64,000 nt of DNA from positions 20,920 to 84,919 of the IMG/VR virus record IMGVR_UViG_3300021376_000030; one strand, given 5' to 3'. Position 1 is the stretch's first letter, and each line of letters starts with the position of its first letter. The DNA is from a virus. The position numbers and the translations under genes are program-made. The notes beneath the pieces were generated by a model, which was given only the letters and a program-made list of their open reading frames with translations, was not told the DNA's origin and did no database searches. Shown here one piece after another: positions 16,340 through 26,224 of the stretch.

Positions 16340-18166
16340 ATGCCTGAATACGGTAATACAGATACTGATCGATCGCAAACATTTGGACGATCTTTAATGA
16401 ATTATATTAACTCTAAGCTTCCATATCAAAGTTACTCTACTATTGATACCATTAGCAAGCTTAATCCAAAGTACAAGATATTTCAAGATACAGGCAGTAG
16501 GCGTACCGAGGCATTAGCAAGACAGAGTATTAGCAGTAACTCAGAAATTAATAATCTTGATCCCGCGGGAATTATTGGTCTGGATAATAATTTTACACAA
16601 TACATGTATGCAAATATACAGCATGATAAAATTTCAAGATTACGCGATTATCGTGTTATGGCATCATTTTCAGAGGTTGCAGATGCATTAGATGAGATAT
16701 GTGATGAAGCTGTTAATAGAGACAAAAATGGTAGAGTTATAAAATTAACTTTTCCTGACTTAGATATTGACGATAAAGATAAAGAGGTGTTGCAAGGTGA
16801 ATTTCAGAAATATGTAAATTATTTTGATTTACCCCACAAAGGGTGGGAGTATTTTCGTCAACTTCTTATAGATGGTGAAATTTATTTTGAGCACATTATA
16901 CACAAGAGTTACGAAGAAGAAGGTATTTTAGGTGTTGTTACTATTCCTACAGAATTTGTTGATCCTATTTTCGGTAACGTCCAGAATATGATGATTAAAG
17001 GATATCTTTTAAGAAAGCCAGTTTTTGATAAAACAAATCCAACTAAAATAGTTGACTATGAGATGGTGCCTATGGATAAAAACCAAGTCACTTATATTAA
17101 TTCTGGTATATGGAATGAAAACAGAACTATAAGACTCCCGTTCATAGAAAATGCGAGAAGAGCTTATAGACAGTTAAGCCTTACTGAGGATGCTATTGTA
17201 ATTTATCGCTTAGCTAGAGCACCAGAGCGTTTAGTTTTCAACGTTGATGTAGGTAATATGCCCCCGCCTAAGGCTGAGGCGTATTTAAAGAAACTAATGA
17301 ATCAATACTGGTCTTCAAAGACATACGATAGTAGTCAAAACTCAGGGGTTGCTGTTAAGAAGTTTAACCCACAATCTATATTAGATAATTTCTGGTTTGC
17401 TAAAAGGCAAGGCAGCGAGGGTACTAGCGTAACAAGATTAGAAGGCGGTCAAAATTTAGGAAAATTAGAAGACTTAGAATATTTTGTAAAAAAGCTTTAC
17501 AAAAGCTTAAAAGTGCCTGTATCTCGATTAAATGTGGATGATGCTTATAAAGACGATGCAAATATTTTAAGAGAAGAATTAAAATTTGCAAAGTTTGTAG
17601 TAAGAATGCAGCAGAATTTTGCTCAAGGGTTAAAAAATGGGTTCATTACACATTTAAGGTTGCGAGGATTGTGGAAAAAATATGAACTAAGAGAAGATCA
17701 TTTAGACTTGGAATTTAATGTACCTATTAATTTCTTTGAAATGCGGGAAGCACAGAAGCAAGAAATTAAGACAAATACATTTCAAAATATCTTACAAGCA
17801 TCTGATAATATTAGCAAAACATATGCTCTTAAAAAATACATGGATTGGACAGATGTTGAATTACAAGCTAACAGGGAGTTTATGCGTAAAGATATGGCTT
17901 TTGCGTGGGAGTTAGAGCAAATAAAGGCGGGTGGACCTAGTTGGAAGGAAAATGCAATTGCTGCGGCTGGAGAGGCTGAAGGTGAATTAGGCAGTGCAGC
18001 TGGCGGAGGTGTATCAGGTTCTACACCTCCTGCGTTCGGACCAGCGCCAGGAGGTGAGGCCGAGGCAGGGCCTGTAGCAGCACAAGCTGCAGCTGAGCCT
18101 GCACCTGTTGAGGGAGGCACTATTCCGGCTCCTACAGGGGCTGCACCGGCTACTCCAGCCGTTTAA
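16340..18166 (+). CDS. gp20: portal protein (T4 gp20-like)
   Basis: YRVMA..SEVADALDEI, EDAIVIYRLARAPERLVFNVDVGNMP..KAEAYL, DLEYFVKKLYKSLKVPVSRL and REELKFAKF. Confidence 0.97.
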   Translation: MPEYGNTDTDRSQTFGRSLMNYINSKLPYQSYSTIDTISKLNPKYKIFQDTGSRRTEALARQSISSNSEINNLDPAGIIGLDNNFTQYMYANIQHDKISRLRDYRVMASFSEVADALDEICDEAVNRDKNGRVIKLTFPDLDIDDKDKEVLQGEFQKYVNYFDLPHKGWEYFRQLLIDGEIYFEHIIHKSYEEEGILGVVTIPTEFVDPIFGNVQNMMIKGYLLRKPVFDKTNPTKIVDYEMVPMDKNQVTYINSGIWNENRTIRLPFIENARRAYRQLSLTEDAIVIYRLARAPERLVFNVDVGNMPPPKAEAYLKKLMNQYWSSKTYDSSQNSGVAVKKFNPQSILDNFWFAKRQGSEGTSVTRLEGGQNLGKLEDLEYFVKKLYKSLKVPVSRLNVDDAYKDDANILREELKFAKFVVRMQQNFAQGLKNGFITHLRLRGLWKKYELREDHLDLEFNVPINFFEMREAQKQEIKTNTFQNILQASDNISKTYALKKYMDWTDVELQANREFMRKDMAFAWELEQIKAGGPSWKENAIAAAGEAEGELGSAAGGGVSGSTPPAFGPAPGGEAEAGPVAAQAAAEPAPVEGGTIPAPTGAAPATPAV

Positions 18167-18596
18167 TTCGACGTAAAGCAAATTTTAATTTCTTAGTTTC
18201 GTATAGCCGAGCATCTACTTCTTCTGGAGCAAACCAGTACTTATCATTAACTAATAACATATCTTTTTGAGAATATGTAAACTGGGCTTGAAGACGTTGA
18301 ATTTTATATTGAATAAAATGTCTTAATTCATGTAGTAAATTTCTTACCATTCTTTTAACTTTTTGTTTTTTATTCTTAGTATATACATCTATACCTATAG
18401 AAATACGGTTATTAACAATATCATAATCGCTATGTATGCCATTTTTTTTAATGTGTATGTATAAAGTCTTATTGGAAGGATAGCCTTCCTTATAACATAG
18501 ATATTTTAAAACATTACACAGTGACTTAAAACACACCTCATGTTTTTTAAGCCAAATATGGGATGGTCTTGAGAATACTATATTCACTTTAACCAA
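18150..18596 (-). CDS. putative zinc metallopeptidase-like protein
   Basis: LLHELRHFIQ (HExxH) with downstream PEEVDAR. Confidence 0.65.
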   Translation of the reverse strand: MVKVNIVFSRPSHIWLKKHEVCFKSLCNVLKYLCYKEGYPSNKTLYIHIKKNGIHSDYDIVNNRISIGIDVYTKNKKQKVKRMVRNLLHELRHFIQYKIQRLQAQFTYSQKDMLLVNDKYWFAPEEVDARLYETKKLKFALRRIKRLE

Positions 18597-19186
18597 ACAG
18601 TTGTCGGGTCGAATGCTGTAGTATCAAGAAAATCCCATACTTCATATTGTGGCTTATTATCGACGCTCGCCGCTTTAATAAGATTATTTAGAAGAGTTTG
18701 TAAGTCTTGAATATGCCATACATCATCCAATAAACGTCTACCTGAAGTACGGGTTTTGTGTGCGACATGATCTGCATATGAATAAGCAAAACCAGCAAAT
18801 GGCGGTATCATACAACCAAGGCTTACTAGGTTACCTAAAATTCTAGAACACACTTCTTTACCTCCCACTGAATGCATTGTTACAACTGCACATGCAGGTT
18901 TACCAACCAAATATTTTGAACCTTCAAGCACTGTCATTTTTTCAAATAAAAGCTGCATAGGTGAACCCCAACTATCCCAATATGTTCCTGTAGCGAAAAT
19001 TAAACAATCTGCTTTTTTAATATTCCGCTTTACTCCATTCCAACAAAATGTAGGCTGCAAATGAATTGTTTTAACTCTCACATCATCGTGTGTCTTGAGA
19101 ATCATTTTCTTAATCTTTTTGAGTAGCATAAAAGTATTGCCAGAACGCCCTCCTATGGCTCCGTTAATAACAAGAATATTTTTCAC
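18584..19186 (-). CDS. NADPH-dependent FMN reductase / flavodoxin-like
   Basis: ILVINGA..GRSGNT, ADCLIFATGTYW and LVGKP motifs. Confidence 0.8.
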   Translation of the reverse strand: MKNILVINGAIGGRSGNTFMLLKKIKKMILKTHDDVRVKTIHLQPTFCWNGVKRNIKKADCLIFATGTYWDSWGSPMQLLFEKMTVLEGSKYLVGKPACAVVTMHSVGGKEVCSRILGNLVSLGCMIPPFAGFAYSYADHVAHKTRTSGRRLLDDVWHIQDLQTLLNNLIKAASVDNKPQYEVWDFLDTTAFDPTTVWLK

Positions 19187-19322
19187 CTATGTATATTATA
19201 AATGAAAATTACCATAAAATCAAATACAATCTATAACTATATATAAATCAATAATTTAACTATTTAAATTTAGAACGTTAAATTTTATTTGATTTCAGCC
19301 TATATATAAGTTATATTATGGT

Positions 19323-19523
19323 ATGGAAACATTCACAGTAGTTATTAAAAACGTGTACGCTACAGATAAAACCAGGTCTATTAAAATTAGAGCAGAAGAC
19401 CATTACTTAGCTCATAAGCAAGGATGTGACGAGAGTAACCAGCTGCGTGAAGATATTATTTCTATTAAAGATAGTCGAAAAACAGAAGTGTATAATATTG
19501 AAAAAGGCTTCCTTTTCGAATAA
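19323..19523 (+). CDS. hypothetical protein
   Basis: 66 aa ORF behind a TTGATT..TATATT promoter-like motif. Confidence 0.6.
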   Translation: METFTVVIKNVYATDKTRSIKIRAEDHYLAHKQGCDESNQLREDIISIKDSRKTEVYNIEKGFLFE

Positions 19524-19557
19524 ATAATAAAAAGACACCCGCAAAGATGAATAAAGA

Positions 19558-19791
19558 ATGAACAGCGTTCAGCTTGTTGTTACGGATCAGGGTACGAGCG
19601 GGGCATATCACACAAAGTTATTTATTGATGAACAAGAATCCGGCATCCTTTATTTGAATAGCGAGCAGTTTAACTCAATTTCTAAATTTTTAAAAGATGG
19701 ATGTAGTCAAAACGGTATTATTTTTTCTGTTGAAAACCCATATGACTTAAGCTATATGGATGATGTGGAAGAGGAAGATTATCTAGAATAA
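19558..19791 (+). CDS. hypothetical protein
   Basis: 77 aa ORF with acidic tail. Confidence 0.6.
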   Translation: MNSVQLVVTDQGTSGAYHTKLFIDEQESGILYLNSEQFNSISKFLKDGCSQNGIIFSVENPYDLSYMDDVEEEDYLE

Positions 19792-19799
19792 ATAATTGG

Positions 19800-20006
19800 G
19801 TGAAGAAAACCCAATTGGCAGGAAAAAGTTTCTGTGAAGAATTCTGCTCTCATGTTTATGAGGATAGAACTCATAGTAGTTTTCTCATCAATGTTGATCA
19901 TGAATGGTTTGCTACACTCAATAAAGGCATGGAGAAATTAAACTATAAGTTAGTACATTTTACAGAAATGCCGAAATCGTTGACTTGTGTATACGTAAAA
20001 GCTTGA
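19800..20006 (+). CDS. hypothetical protein
   Basis: 68 aa ORF, GTG start. Confidence 0.55.
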   Translation: MKKTQLAGKSFCEEFCSHVYEDRTHSSFLINVDHEWFATLNKGMEKLNYKLVHFTEMPKSLTCVYVKA

Positions 20007-20037
20007 CTTATCTTTTTTATCCTGTATCCTATAATAA

Positions 20038-20772
20038 GTGAAAGAAAATAATGTGATACCAGTATTTAATTCGGATCTTCACACTTACACAGATCCAAAT
20101 GATGGGTTTAGGTATACAAGCGTAACTAGATGGATTGACAAATTCAAACCGGTTTTTGATAAACAAGCAAAAGCTGCAAAATTGGCCGCAAAGGAAGGTG
20201 TATCAATAGATTTCATTCTGGAAGATTGGCAAAGAAAGAAAGAAGAAAGCATCAAATATGGCACTCGCCTTCATAAGGCATTAGAATTATTTCACAATAC
20301 CGGTAATATAGAAGATGAACAATGTAAGATTGTAGTAGATGAATTTAAAAAACTTAAATTAACATTTTCCGAACAAACTTTTCACGAAAAATTGGTTTAC
20401 AATAGACAGCTAGGCATTGCGGGAATGGCCGATATTATTACACATAATGATGATAATACTTTTAATGTTTTTGATTTTAAAACTAATAAAAGATTTAGAT
20501 TTCAAACCAAGTTTAGTGATGGTGAATTATTAGCACCTCTTGGTCATTATCCTAATACTGAATATTATCATTACTCTCTCCAGCTTAGTATGTATGGATA
20601 CTTGTATAAGAATATGACTGGCTTAGATGTAAAGAGATTAAAAATATATTGGTATGAAAGAAAAGAGCCTGAAAACTACGAAAACTTTGATGGCTGTTGG
20701 CGGGTATTTAATTTACCCTACCTTGAAGATGATATTTTATATTGTTTAAGCAATAATGAAAAAGCGGTATAG
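20038..20772 (+). CDS. PD-(D/E)XK exonuclease (Cas4/RecB-like)
   Basis: YTSVT, GTRLH, IAGMADII, VFDFKTN and YSLQLSMY motifs. Confidence 0.85.
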   Translation: MKENNVIPVFNSDLHTYTDPNDGFRYTSVTRWIDKFKPVFDKQAKAAKLAAKEGVSIDFILEDWQRKKEESIKYGTRLHKALELFHNTGNIEDEQCKIVVDEFKKLKLTFSEQTFHEKLVYNRQLGIAGMADIITHNDDNTFNVFDFKTNKRFRFQTKFSDGELLAPLGHYPNTEYYHYSLQLSMYGYLYKNMTGLDVKRLKIYWYERKEPENYENFDGCWRVFNLPYLEDDILYCLSNNEKAV

Positions 20773-21175
20773 TTGGGAAGAATACGCTTTACATATTGCA
20801 AAGGTAGCCTCACTAAGAAGTGAAGATCCTTATTGTAGAGTTGGAGCATGTGCACTGAGTCATAGCAATAGAGTGCTTGGTGTATCATATAATGGATTGG
20901 TAAGTAAAAAGCGAGTACCAGATACATTTTGGCAGGATAGAGATAAAAGAAGACCTTTTATTATTCATGCAGAGCAAAATCTATTGAGTTTATTTGGCAG
21001 AGGAGAAGCGCGGCTTTTGGCTGTAACTTTATTACCATGCTCAGATTGTGCTAGACTAATATGCAGCTGGAACATACCTGAAGTCGTTTATCTGCATGAT
21101 TACAATAGAGATTTAAAAGCAATTGATATTTTTAAATTTTACAACGTTAGACTCAAAAAAATTAGTATAAAATAG
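20756..21175 (+). CDS. cd: dCMP deaminase
   Basis: RSEDP..RVGAC, SYNG, IHAEQN and PCSDCA motifs. Confidence 0.9.
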   Translation: MKKRYSWEEYALHIAKVASLRSEDPYCRVGACALSHSNRVLGVSYNGLVSKKRVPDTFWQDRDKRRPFIIHAEQNLLSLFGRGEARLLAVTLLPCSDCARLICSWNIPEVVYLHDYNRDLKAIDIFKFYNVRLKKISIK

Positions 21176-21194
21176 TAGAAAACCTTGTTTGCTG

Positions 21195-21202
21195 TATAAA
21201 TA
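21195..21202 (+). promoter_or_regulatory. T4-type late promoter TATAAATA
   Basis: Exact TATAAATA 6 nt before ATG 21209. Confidence 0.65.
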
Positions 21203-21208
21203 ACGTAT

Positions 21209-21784
21209 ATGGCAATAGCTACTATTTCGGTAAATTTTGCTAGTACAGCTGATATTCAATCTGGTACTAGTTCTGTTGTAAGCGTTAATCCTGCTAATTT
21301 AAAGGCTGCACTGCAAAGTGGTTCAAGTCTTTTTGCATTAACAGTTGGTGCAGCAACTTTTCAAGGAGCGTTAACTGTAACTACTGGTGGGTTAACTGTA
21401 AATACAGGTGGCGCAACAATTACTGCTGGCGGTTTAACCATCTCAGCAGGCGGATATACAGTAACAGGGGATTCTTTTATAACAGGCAAATTACAGGTTA
21501 CTGATGACGTTGTAGCATTTTCATCTTCTGATGCACGATTAAAGGACAATGTACAAAAAATTGAAAATGCAGTAGAAAAGGTCAAAAAGCTATCTGGAGT
21601 AACATTTGATTGGAAGCCAGAGTCTGGATATTCTGGAAAAGATTATGGAGTTATTGCTCAAGAAGTTGAAAATATTTTACCTGAAATAGTTGTAACAAGG
21701 GATAATGGTTACAAAGCTGTTAATTACGATAAGTTAATTCCTTTACTTATTGAAGCCATAAAAGAACTTAGCAATAAGGTATAA
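21209..21784 (+). CDS. short fibre protein with peptidase S74 intramolecular chaperone domain
   Basis: GGLTV repeats, then SSDARLKDN...GVTFDW...GVIAQEVE..LPE...AVNYDKLIPLLIEAIKEL. Confidence 0.9.
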   Translation: MAIATISVNFASTADIQSGTSSVVSVNPANLKAALQSGSSLFALTVGAATFQGALTVTTGGLTVNTGGATITAGGLTISAGGYTVTGDSFITGKLQVTDDVVAFSSSDARLKDNVQKIENAVEKVKKLSGVTFDWKPESGYSGKDYGVIAQEVENILPEIVVTRDNGYKAVNYDKLIPLLIEAIKELSNKV

Positions 21785-21790
21785 TTTCCT

Positions 21791-22408
21791 ATGGCTTCTA
21801 GCGGCATACCAGTAACAGGAACCGTTAGTATAGGTTCTCAAGCAGGAATAACAAGAAGTGTTAACCTGCTCATGGGTCTTGCAGCAAGTACCTTAAATTC
21901 TAGTCTTAGTGGTCGGGAGCAGCAAGCTATGACTTATATTATCACCTATGGTGTATGTATGCCTGGTGAGCTAGAGAAGAGTACTATTACCTGGGCACCC
22001 ACCGGTAATGCTCCTTACGGTACTCCAGGCAATAGCTATCTTCCCGCAAGACTAAGTGAATTTAGAGGTAGTTATAGCTGGCCACAAATTATTTCAGGAA
22101 ATCCTATTATCGCATCTAATAATCCAAACCCTCCAGGTCCTGGAAATAGTATATTGACAGTAACCGGTAACGGTTCTCCCGCTTATATAGGTTCGGGCAC
22201 ACCCTACTTTTTCTATATCCTCGGACCTAGTGGGAGAATTCCAGCATCTGGGTGGAGACAAGCTAACATAAGCTCAGGATCTGCCACTACGTTTGGGGGT
22301 GATGGAACAGGGCTTGCAGTTGGCACATATAATGTTTGGGTTAAAGATTTTGAAGGTTGTGGAACACTAGAAAATATTAAGATTACAGCTACTGTATCTT
22401 ACCCATGA
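21791..22408 (+). CDS. hypothetical virion protein
   Basis: IPVTGTVSI..RLSEFRG, typical of genes following S74 fibres; C-terminal GLAVGTYNVWVKD..GC (SprB-like). Confidence 0.65.
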   Translation: MASSGIPVTGTVSIGSQAGITRSVNLLMGLAASTLNSSLSGREQQAMTYIITYGVCMPGELEKSTITWAPTGNAPYGTPGNSYLPARLSEFRGSYSWPQIISGNPIIASNNPNPPGPGNSILTVTGNGSPAYIGSGTPYFFYILGPSGRIPASGWRQANISSGSATTFGGDGTGLAVGTYNVWVKDFEGCGTLENIKITATVSYP

Positions 22409-23397
22409 ACAAACCATTATTATTAAAAGCATTATCTAAAGCTTACATTATTCTGAATGTTAAAGAGCTTGAAGGTTTTTCTATAATTCATGCGTCATTA
22501 AATCCTAAAATAGTAGAATTATTTTGCGGTAACCAAACCTATGAGATTAATAATAATAATGAGACAGATGATATTACTTTAATAGACCTTAAAAATGAAT
22601 TACCACTTACAATCAATACATGCAATATTTCAACATTAGATTACCCGGGGTTTCCATTTGAAATCCCCCCTGTTTATATTTTAAATGAAAGATACGAAGG
22701 GCGTATCACAGTTGACGATATTATAAGACTTCAAAAAGAGCCTATTCAAGATTTAAGATATTTGAAAGAAATACAGAAAAGTAAAAATTCTGAAAATAAC
22801 ATCATAACAAATACAGCTATATACAATCTAAGACTACTCTATCATTATTATAGCAAAGTAGAAAAACTAGACAAAAAACATATATTGTTTAATGATAAGG
22901 TCTTAAAGAAATTTAAGAAAAGATTGCCTAAAAAATTCATTTTAGACTCAGAGTTTATTAATCGATTACTAGAAGAAAACAAATCACTGTTTGATTTTGA
23001 TGATCAAGAAATACAAAAGCGAATAGGTTATTATAACAGTTTAAGCGACGAATTTTATAGCAAGCGTCTTGGATTTGATGTAGATAACCTTCTTTCTACT
23101 GATAAAGAGATACTTAATAAATGTATAAGCAGATGGAAGGAAATTATTACAGAGCATGCAACTGAGGCTTCTGATACACTACAAAAAGAAAAAGAAGTAT
23201 TTAAAGAAAATAATCCAGAAAACAAAACAGAATTAGAGGAAATAGAATTTGTACAAAATATTTTAAAAAATTGTGCTAATGATGTTGATTTTAGTAAATT
23301 TAAAACACCTAAAGAAGTTTTTTCGTTTTGGCCCCCTGTATTATATCCCCCGCCTCAGTTTGTACTGGACCCATATCATTGGGTTTTTAAGAAATAA
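22405..23397 (+). CDS. hypothetical protein with C-terminal KTP..WPxxLxP motif
   Basis: 330 aa ORF with ATGA overlap; motif shared with the N-terminal domain of 24907..26193. Confidence 0.65.
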   Translation: MNKPLLLKALSKAYIILNVKELEGFSIIHASLNPKIVELFCGNQTYEINNNNETDDITLIDLKNELPLTINTCNISTLDYPGFPFEIPPVYILNERYEGRITVDDIIRLQKEPIQDLRYLKEIQKSKNSENNIITNTAIYNLRLLYHYYSKVEKLDKKHILFNDKVLKKFKKRLPKKFILDSEFINRLLEENKSLFDFDDQEIQKRIGYYNSLSDEFYSKRLGFDVDNLLSTDKEILNKCISRWKEIITEHATEASDTLQKEKEVFKENNPENKTELEEIEFVQNILKNCANDVDFSKFKTPKEVFSFWPPVLYPPPQFVLDPYHWVFKK

Positions 23398-24124
23398 TAT
23401 AGTTATATAAATCTGAGCCAGGGTAAAAATTTTTAACAGTCAAATCCCAGTATATCGTTTTTACATCTTTATTCATATATTTCCCAAACAAACAAGGTAT
23501 TACACCAAATAAATTTTGCATATTTTTTACATCTTTTATAATATCTTGTGAACAATTACTCTCTATTATACGATTTACCCACAAGCCATAATTATCTGGA
23601 AATATCACTATGCATTTGTTAGGATCTAATGTAACTTCTAAATATTTTACATCAGACTCTAGTTGACTAATTTCTGTTTTTTTAAGAATTTTTTTTATGT
23701 CTTCTTTTTCAGTTACATAATAATATCTACGAATAGTATCTTCTACTGATATTCCTTGCTTATATTTTGATAGTGCTATGTCGTCTAATGAGTCACTGTC
23801 AACAAATTTATAATAGTCTTTAAACTTAATGTGAAAATAGCTCTTTATATGATTATTATATTTTTTTAACGCTAAACAATTGTTAAAGCATCTGTCAGGA
23901 TCTGCATGTTGAACTAGATTTATATATAAATTCTTGTTTTCTGCAAATGGAAAATCTTTATTTTGAATAGGAGTTTCAATATTAAAATATAATTTGGTCG
24001 CTACAGGGGTGTTATTTTTATACGTTACACCATAAAGACCAAGCCAGCCATTATCAGAAAAAGAATAATTATATACATTACTAATTTTCTGATACCAATT
24101 ATATAGATCTTTAAAACTATTCAT
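23387..24124 (-). CDS. hypothetical protein
   Basis: 245 aa ORF with repeated KxY(F/W) beta-strand motifs. Confidence 0.6.
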   Translation of the reverse strand: MNSFKDLYNWYQKISNVYNYSFSDNGWLGLYGVTYKNNTPVATKLYFNIETPIQNKDFPFAENKNLYINLVQHADPDRCFNNCLALKKYNNHIKSYFHIKFKDYYKFVDSDSLDDIALSKYKQGISVEDTIRRYYYVTEKEDIKKILKKTEISQLESDVKYLEVTLDPNKCIVIFPDNYGLWVNRIIESNCSQDIIKDVKNMQNLFGVIPCLFGKYMNKDVKTIYWDLTVKNFYPGSDLYNYIIS

Positions 24125-24903
24125 GTAGTCTTAACTAACTCTGCATATTTACTTGAATGCTTGTTCTTTCCATAACCACTACAAACATAGGAATCATTTA
24201 ATTCATTATCTAAATCATAAGCTACAAATGTATTAGGTAATTCTTTGAAATGAACAGAACTTCCGATCTGCCTATATGCATATGCCATCCAATAAGAATC
24301 ACCATACCATACTATTTTGCTTAAAATATTATCTTTTATTATCTTGAAGTATTCTTTTGATTTGTCTGTACTTCTTATAACCATGCAACCTTCTCTAAAA
24401 TGTACGTCTAAATTATTTAAGTCTATTATATTACAATCAAAATGTCTGAAATTAAATTTTCTTCTTTCCAAGTCCCTGCCTTCCATTTTTCCTTTTTTTG
24501 AATATTTCAGTAAAATATCAGCATTTGTATCTGTAGTTTCAAAAAAATTGTAGACATCTTTCAATATTAAATTATCTGCATCCATGTTTATAACATAATC
24601 ATATTTAAATAGTAGGTCGTATACATTATAAACCTTTTTTAAATTAGCATAAGCTCCTGCCATGCCTACAAATCTCTCTTTTAAAATTTCTGATGTTTTG
24701 TTTTTTATTAAGATATGTTCTTCAAAAAATACCTGATTAGTATGAGTTACCTCAATATTATTATTTTCTATAATAGCACCAGGAGAGTTTATAATATCTA
24801 TATTAGCAAAACATCTAGGTGCATTTTTATTAAGGGTATCTAAGCTTTTTTTAAGGTAGGGTAAGTATGCAGCATCACAGCTATAGGAAAAGCATATCTT
24901 CAT
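24121..24903 (-). CDS. GT-A fold glycosyltransferase-like
   Basis: SCDAAYL N-terminus, YDYVINMDAD (DxD) and WYGD motifs. Confidence 0.7.
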   Translation of the reverse strand: MKICFSYSCDAAYLPYLKKSLDTLNKNAPRCFANIDIINSPGAIIENNNIEVTHTNQVFFEEHILIKNKTSEILKERFVGMAGAYANLKKVYNVYDLLFKYDYVINMDADNLILKDVYNFFETTDTNADILLKYSKKGKMEGRDLERRKFNFRHFDCNIIDLNNLDVHFREGCMVIRSTDKSKEYFKIIKDNILSKIVWYGDSYWMAYAYRQIGSSVHFKELPNTFVAYDLDNELNDSYVCSGYGKNKHSSKYAELVKTT

Positions 24904-24906
24904 ATT

Positions 24907-26193
24907 CTATTTAACTTGTTTTCCGTAAATACAATTTCTACAAATTATCGATTCTGATTCATCATTAAACCCTCTCAAAAATTTACCATAATTTTCACTA
25001 TTATAAATATCATCATAGGTACCGGTAATTAAATTACCTAATACATGCTGCTTCTCCACATCCATACAACATAGTACCACATCACCATCTGGGGTTATCA
25101 TTTGACGCCTATATAGGCCCACAGAACAGTATATCTTGCCCGCTAGTCCTTTATTTTGTCTTGGAGCATCATATTTGATAGGGGCATTTATCCTAGTATG
25201 GGGAATACACACCTCAAATACATGATCTAATTCATTTTTGTTTATTAATTCCTTGATACGGCTATCAATGTTTTTACCTAAAAACGAAAATCTATTATCA
25301 ACTACTATATTATTAGTTTTATATTGTTTATTCATTTGTGAAAAAAATTTATCTATTATATTATAATAGTTGTCGCTGTTTGTCTTATATGACATAAATT
25401 CATCTCTTAGGTGTAAGCATCTTCCAGTCCAATATTTTTCATTTAAAAAAAGATCTATATTCTCAGGATAATCTTCTGGTATGGTAGTAGCGATGTTCAA
25501 TCTATGGCCTTTTTGATAGCTATACTCTATTACGTCTACCAACTTATCATATTGAAGAGGGTCGCAAAACCCTGCAAATACTAAACCAACCTCTTTTGGT
25601 ATTTTATCTAAAATTAATTTAAATCTATCCACGGACATATATTTTTCAGATGATGCCTTATGAAGTGTGGCATGGGGGCAATAGGAACAATTTACACTAC
25701 ACCCAGTAAATAGTGAAAATTCTAAAGTAATAAAAGGGTCTCGCCCCCATCTAGTAAGATTATCATCTTTGATATTGAAAACATAATACGGGTATGGAAT
25801 TTCTTTTCTACCAGCATAAACAAAAGGATTAGGTGAGAGCATTACAGGCCAGTCATTTAAAAGTTCAAAAGGAGTTTTTGCTTTAGTATTATAGTTTTTT
25901 ATTTGATAAAAAGTTTTCTCTAAAAAAGCATAATCATCATCAGAATCCACATTCGCTTTATAGTAATCTAATGTGCGGTGTATTACCTTGTCAATAACAC
26001 CATTAAAAATGGTTTTAGCATTATTAATGTATTCTTCTTTATGTAACATACTCTCTAAATTAAATCCAAATAACAACAAAGACAGAGCGACATTTACATC
26101 TTTTTGGACAGCTAAATTAGCCCAGGAATAAGGGTAATTAATATTAAATTCTTTGCTAATACCTTCAATATATTTGTATTCAGCAAGTTGCAT
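24907..26193 (-). CDS. radical SAM protein with SPASM/Twitch domain and N-terminal extension
   Basis: CSVNCSYC, then C..G....ITPDGDVVLCCMD...LGNL...CRNC. Confidence 0.88.
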   Translation of the reverse strand: MQLAEYKYIEGISKEFNINYPYSWANLAVQKDVNVALSLLLFGFNLESMLHKEEYINNAKTIFNGVIDKVIHRTLDYYKANVDSDDDYAFLEKTFYQIKNYNTKAKTPFELLNDWPVMLSPNPFVYAGRKEIPYPYYVFNIKDDNLTRWGRDPFITLEFSLFTGCSVNCSYCPHATLHKASSEKYMSVDRFKLILDKIPKEVGLVFAGFCDPLQYDKLVDVIEYSYQKGHRLNIATTIPEDYPENIDLFLNEKYWTGRCLHLRDEFMSYKTNSDNYYNIIDKFFSQMNKQYKTNNIVVDNRFSFLGKNIDSRIKELINKNELDHVFEVCIPHTRINAPIKYDAPRQNKGLAGKIYCSVGLYRRQMITPDGDVVLCCMDVEKQHVLGNLITGTYDDIYNSENYGKFLRGFNDESESIICRNCIYGKQVK

Positions 26194-26224
26194 AAAATAT
26201 TTAAAAACAATAAGTACTTATTCA

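Noticed and set aside
20038-20772. Cas4 as part of a CRISPR system
   Set aside because: It is a stand-alone PD-(D/E)XK nuclease lacking the four-Cys cluster, with no array or other cas genes.
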